NCBI GenBank assembly: GCA_963793305.1 | Contig: CAWBZV010000003.1 | Coordinates: 1,120,001 to 1,184,000 of the forward strand | DNA: 64,000 nucleotides | Source: an uncultured Gemmatimonadales bacterium | GTDB taxonomy: Bacteria; Gemmatimonadota; Gemmatimonadetes; Gemmatimonadales; Gemmatimonadaceae | Direction of reading: 5' to 3' | The notes under the pieces: model-generated | Told to the model about the DNA's origin: nothing | Database searches by the model: none | The model's input: the letters and a program-made list of their open reading frames with translations, nothing else | Shown: positions 60,681 through 64,000 of the stretch, in pieces | How the letters are laid out: each line of letters opens with the position of its first letter | How positions within the stretch are numbered: position 1 is the first letter of the stretch | Program-made: the position numbers and the translations under genes

Positions 60681-63091
60681 GCCTCTCGCATTGTGCCTCC
60701 TCCTCGCCCTGCACGATAGCGTCGCGGTCGAACGCCGCGTCGACAGTCTCATGGCCCGGATGACGATCGGGCAAAAGCTCGAGCTCATCGGCGGCGTCGA
60801 CGACATGTTCATTCGGTCGATCCCATCCGTGGGATGGCCGCGTCTCAAGATGTCCGACGGTCCAATGGGCGTACGAACTTGGGGGCCGACAGCCGGCTAC
60901 GCCATAGGTATTGGTCTCGCCGCGTCGTGGGATCCCGACCTCGCACAAGTGGTTGGTGCGCACATCGGCCGCGACGCGAGAGCGCGCGGCGTGCACATTC
61001 TGCTCGGCCCCGGCGTCAATATGTATCGCGCGCCGATGAACGGCCGCAACTTCGAGTACATGGGCGAAGACCCGTATCTGGCTGCCCGAACGGCGGTCGG
61101 CTACGTGCGCGGCGTGCAGTCGCAGGGCGTCGTGGCGACGATCAAGCACTATGCGGCGAACAACGAAGAGTACGATCGCCACAACGTGTCGTCGGACGTG
61201 AGCGAGCAGGCACTGCGCGAGCTCTATCTGCCCGCGTTCGAGGCCGCGGTGCGTGAGGCCCACGTCGGCGCCATCATGGACTCGTACAATCTCCTGAACG
61301 GTGTGCACGCGACCCAGAACGCGTGGCTCAATGACAGCGTCGCGAAACGCGACTGGGGGTTCGACGGCGTCATCATGTCCGACTGGGACGCGACGTATGA
61401 TGGCGTGGAGGCGGCGAACGGCGGGTTGGATCTGGAGATGCCATGGGGGCACTTCATGAACCCCCGGACGCTGGAGTCCGCGATTCAGGATGGCCGCGTA
61501 TCCCTGGCGACGATCGATGACAAGATTCGCCGCATTCTACGCCTCGCCATTCGGTTCGGGTTTCTGGATCGTGAGCAGCGCGATATCAATGTGCCACTGT
61601 TTAGCCCCGACGATCGTGCTATCGCTCTTCGAAGTGCTCTTGAGGGGATAGTCCTGCTCAAGAACGACGGACATGTCCTCCCATTCGACATGTCCCACGT
61701 GCGCACGATCGCGGTCATCGGCCCCGACGCCTGGCCCGCGCGGCCGAGTGCGGGCGGGAGCGCGCAGATCGAGTCGTTCGCGCCGGTGAGCATCTTGGAA
61801 GGGATCACGACAGCCGTTCCGGCGAAGGTCTTGTACGCGCGAGGGATTCCGACGGATACGGACATCGTGAGCACCACCGGGATGCGGCTCCATCAGGAGA
61901 TCTTCGACAACGATGCGTTCACTGGAGTCCCGATCGATACGACGACCATCGACGGACTGCCGCCCGACGGCATGACGCCTCTGCCGCGCGCCGCGCGCGG
62001 CGTACGGTGGACGGGGACGTACGTGTCCGCGACGGGCGGACCGCACCTCGTCATCGTTCGCGCGTACGACGGCTACCAGCTCACCGTCAACGACACGGCC
62101 GTCGTCACGCAGCAGGCCGCCGAGGGGGCGTCGATGAAATGGGCGGTCGTGAATGTGAGTGCCGGCCAGCCCGCGCGCGTGCAGCTCTCGGTCGTCCCCC
62201 GGTCGCAGTCGCCGCGGATCATCCTCGGGGTTCGCGCGATGGACAGCCTGGTGAGCCCGGAGGCTATCCGCATCGCCAAGGCCGCGGACGTCGCGGTCGT
62301 CTCCGTCGGATTCGATCCGTCGAACGAGGCCGAAGGCTCAGATCGGACGTTCTCGCTGCCCTGGGGGCAGGAGATGCTGATCAACGCGATCGCCGCGGTC
62401 AATCCTCACACCGTGGTCACGGTCACCTCCGGCGGTGCAGTCGCGACGGACGGCTGGCTCTCTCACGTTCCCGCACTTCTAGAGACGTGGTATCCGGGGC
62501 AAGAAGGGGGGACGGCCGTGGCCAAGGTCCTGACCGGCTCGGCAAATCCCGAGGGGCATTTGCCGATCAGCTTCGAGAAGCGGTGGGAGGACAATCCCAC
62601 GCACGACAGTTATTACGCCACAAATGGTCACGTGACATACAGCGAAGGGGTCTTTCTCGGCTATCGCTACTACGCCGGAGCCTCCACCAAACCGCTATTC
62701 CCATTTGGCTACGGGCTGTCGTATACGACCTTCTCGTTCAGCCATTCTATCGGTCAGCCCCCAGCACGTCGTCTCGTTTGACGTCACGAATACCGGAGGT
62801 CGTGAAGGCGCAGCGGTCGCGCAGGTCTACGTCGGCGACCCATCCGCGCGCATCAAGCGGCCGACTCGGGAGCTCAAGGGCTTCAAGAAGGTTCGACTTG
62901 CTCCGGGCGAGACGAAGCATGTGACGGTCCAACTCGACCAGCGGGCGTTCTCATACTGGGACCACGGCTGGCGGATCGACCCGGGCCAGTTCGTGATCTA
63001 CGTCGGTGACTCATCAGAGCACACGCCGCTCAGCGTGGCTCTGGACGTCGGGCGTGGGGGATCCGCCGGCCACGGGCCGAGTCATCAATGA
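60679..63091 (+). pseudogene. GH3 beta-glucosidase (PA14-like insert, Fn3-like C-terminus), frameshifted near 62750
   Basis: SDGPMG, GRNFEYMGEDP, IKHYAAN, MSDW, FPFGYGLSY; then VTNTGGREGAAVAQVYV..RELKGF in another frame. Confidence 0.9.
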
Positions 63092-63617
63092 GCGTCGCGA
63101 GGCGCGAGCGCCGCGTTTCCTCGCGCTTCGCGGTAATGACCCACCAGATGGCCTGCGTGCGATACGAGGGCGCCTCGGCCTCAAAATAGGCCCACGCTTT
63201 CTTGTTCCGCCGAAACTCGCGCTCGGCCTCAGGCTCCAGCTTCGCTGATGCCCGGTTCTCGTACGCGTAGATCCCGGTGCGCTCAGCCGCGCGCTTCTCG
63301 AACGCCGCGTGTCCCGCGGGGTGCACCCGTTCCTCGACGATCAGCTCGCCGATGCGCTTGACGTTGATCGCGCTCCAGTTGCTGCGCGCCTTCCGCGGCG
63401 TGAACCGGATCGTGTAGCTGACCTCGTCGATGCCCTTACGCTTGCCATCGATCCAGCCGAAGCAGAGCGCCTCGTCCACGGACTGGGGCCACGTGATGCT
63501 GGGTTTCCCGGAGTCCTTCTTGTAGAACCCGACCAGGAGCTCGGTCTCGCGCTCGTGGTACGCGTCGAACCACGCGCGAAACGCCTCGGGCGTCGCGAAG
63601 AACTTCGGACGGCTCAC
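63030..63617 (-). CDS. YdeI/OmpD-associated family protein
   Basis: FRAWF, VDEALCFGWIDG, FTPRK..SNWSAIN, WVITAKREETRRSRL. Confidence 0.88.
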   Translation of the reverse strand: MSRPKFFATPEAFRAWFDAYHERETELLVGFYKKDSGKPSITWPQSVDEALCFGWIDGKRKGIDEVSYTIRFTPRKARSNWSAINVKRIGELIVEERVHPAGHAAFEKRAAERTGIYAYENRASAKLEPEAEREFRRNKKAWAYFEAEAPSYRTQAIWWVITAKREETRRSRLATLIDDSARGRRIPHARRPEPR

Positions 63618-64000
63618 GGCAGCCGTCTCGGCGCGTCTCCCTTTGTGAACAGCACGCTTCCGTGCTCGGTCATCACGATGTTCACCTGATCGTCGAAAAC
63701 GTCGAACAACAAGGTGTCGGTCAGCGTCATGCCGCTCGCGCCGTGCGGAGCCGGGGCGCGGAGGCAGAGCCAAACTACATCGCCCTCGCGCCGTGAGCCA
63801 CACCAGGTGATGGGCACGGGCCGTCCGGCCTCATCCCTGAAGCGAATGGCCGACGTGGCATACTCGCTCACGTCGGCCCGCTGCTGGCGTTTCAGCGCTT
63901 GGTCGACATCCGCGGCGAACGCCCGGACCATCGCCGTCACCTGGGCTGTCGCTCGATCATACGTGACGTTCGTCAACGTCGTATGGATCGGATGCGCCAG
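63614..64000 (-). CDS. DUF6702-like exported protein (5' end beyond the window)
   Basis: AHPIHTTLT..VRAFAAD, LLFDVFDDQVNIV. Frame is open to the window edge. Confidence 0.65.
   Translation of the reverse strand: MAHPIHTTLTNVTYDRATAQVTAMVRAFAADVDQALKRQQRADVSEYATSAIRFRDEAGRPVPITWCGSRREGDVVWLCLRAPAPHGASGMTLTDTLLFDVFDDQVNIVMTEHGSVLFTKGDAPRRLP

Overview
This is a GC-rich, gene-dense bacterial window, probably Gemmatimonadota or a related soil lineage. That assignment is inferred from the SusC/SusD pair, the PadR-ADOP permease module, DUF2723 and many leaderless-looking genes. I found no rRNA, tRNA, CRISPR array, integrase or transposase. Routine content includes a serA-serB-aminotransferase operon, an amino-acid dehydrogenase with a LysR regulator, a sodium:solute symporter with galK, glycoside hydrolases and many regulators. 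Four things stand out. (1) A locus of about 9 kb (15313-24659) combines three exported unknown proteins, an exported TPR-CHAT caspase-like protease with intact His/Cys motifs, an unknown downstream protein, a membrane anti-sigma-like protein, an ECF sigma factor and a LuxR-type regulator. It is a candidate CRISPR-independent, protease-controlled sigma-factor signalling or defence system. (2) A structured, possibly pseudoknotted leader of about 120 nt precedes an ankyrin-repeat gene. (3) A methionine-sulfoxide/thiol repair cluster has four correctly spaced sigma54-type promoter motifs around an NtrC-type two-component system. (4) A 13-bp tandem array lies at 39216-39393. About seven frameshifts in unrelated genes suggest sequencing or assembly indels, so pseudogene calls are provisional. 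All functional calls come from reading motifs by eye; no database searches were run.
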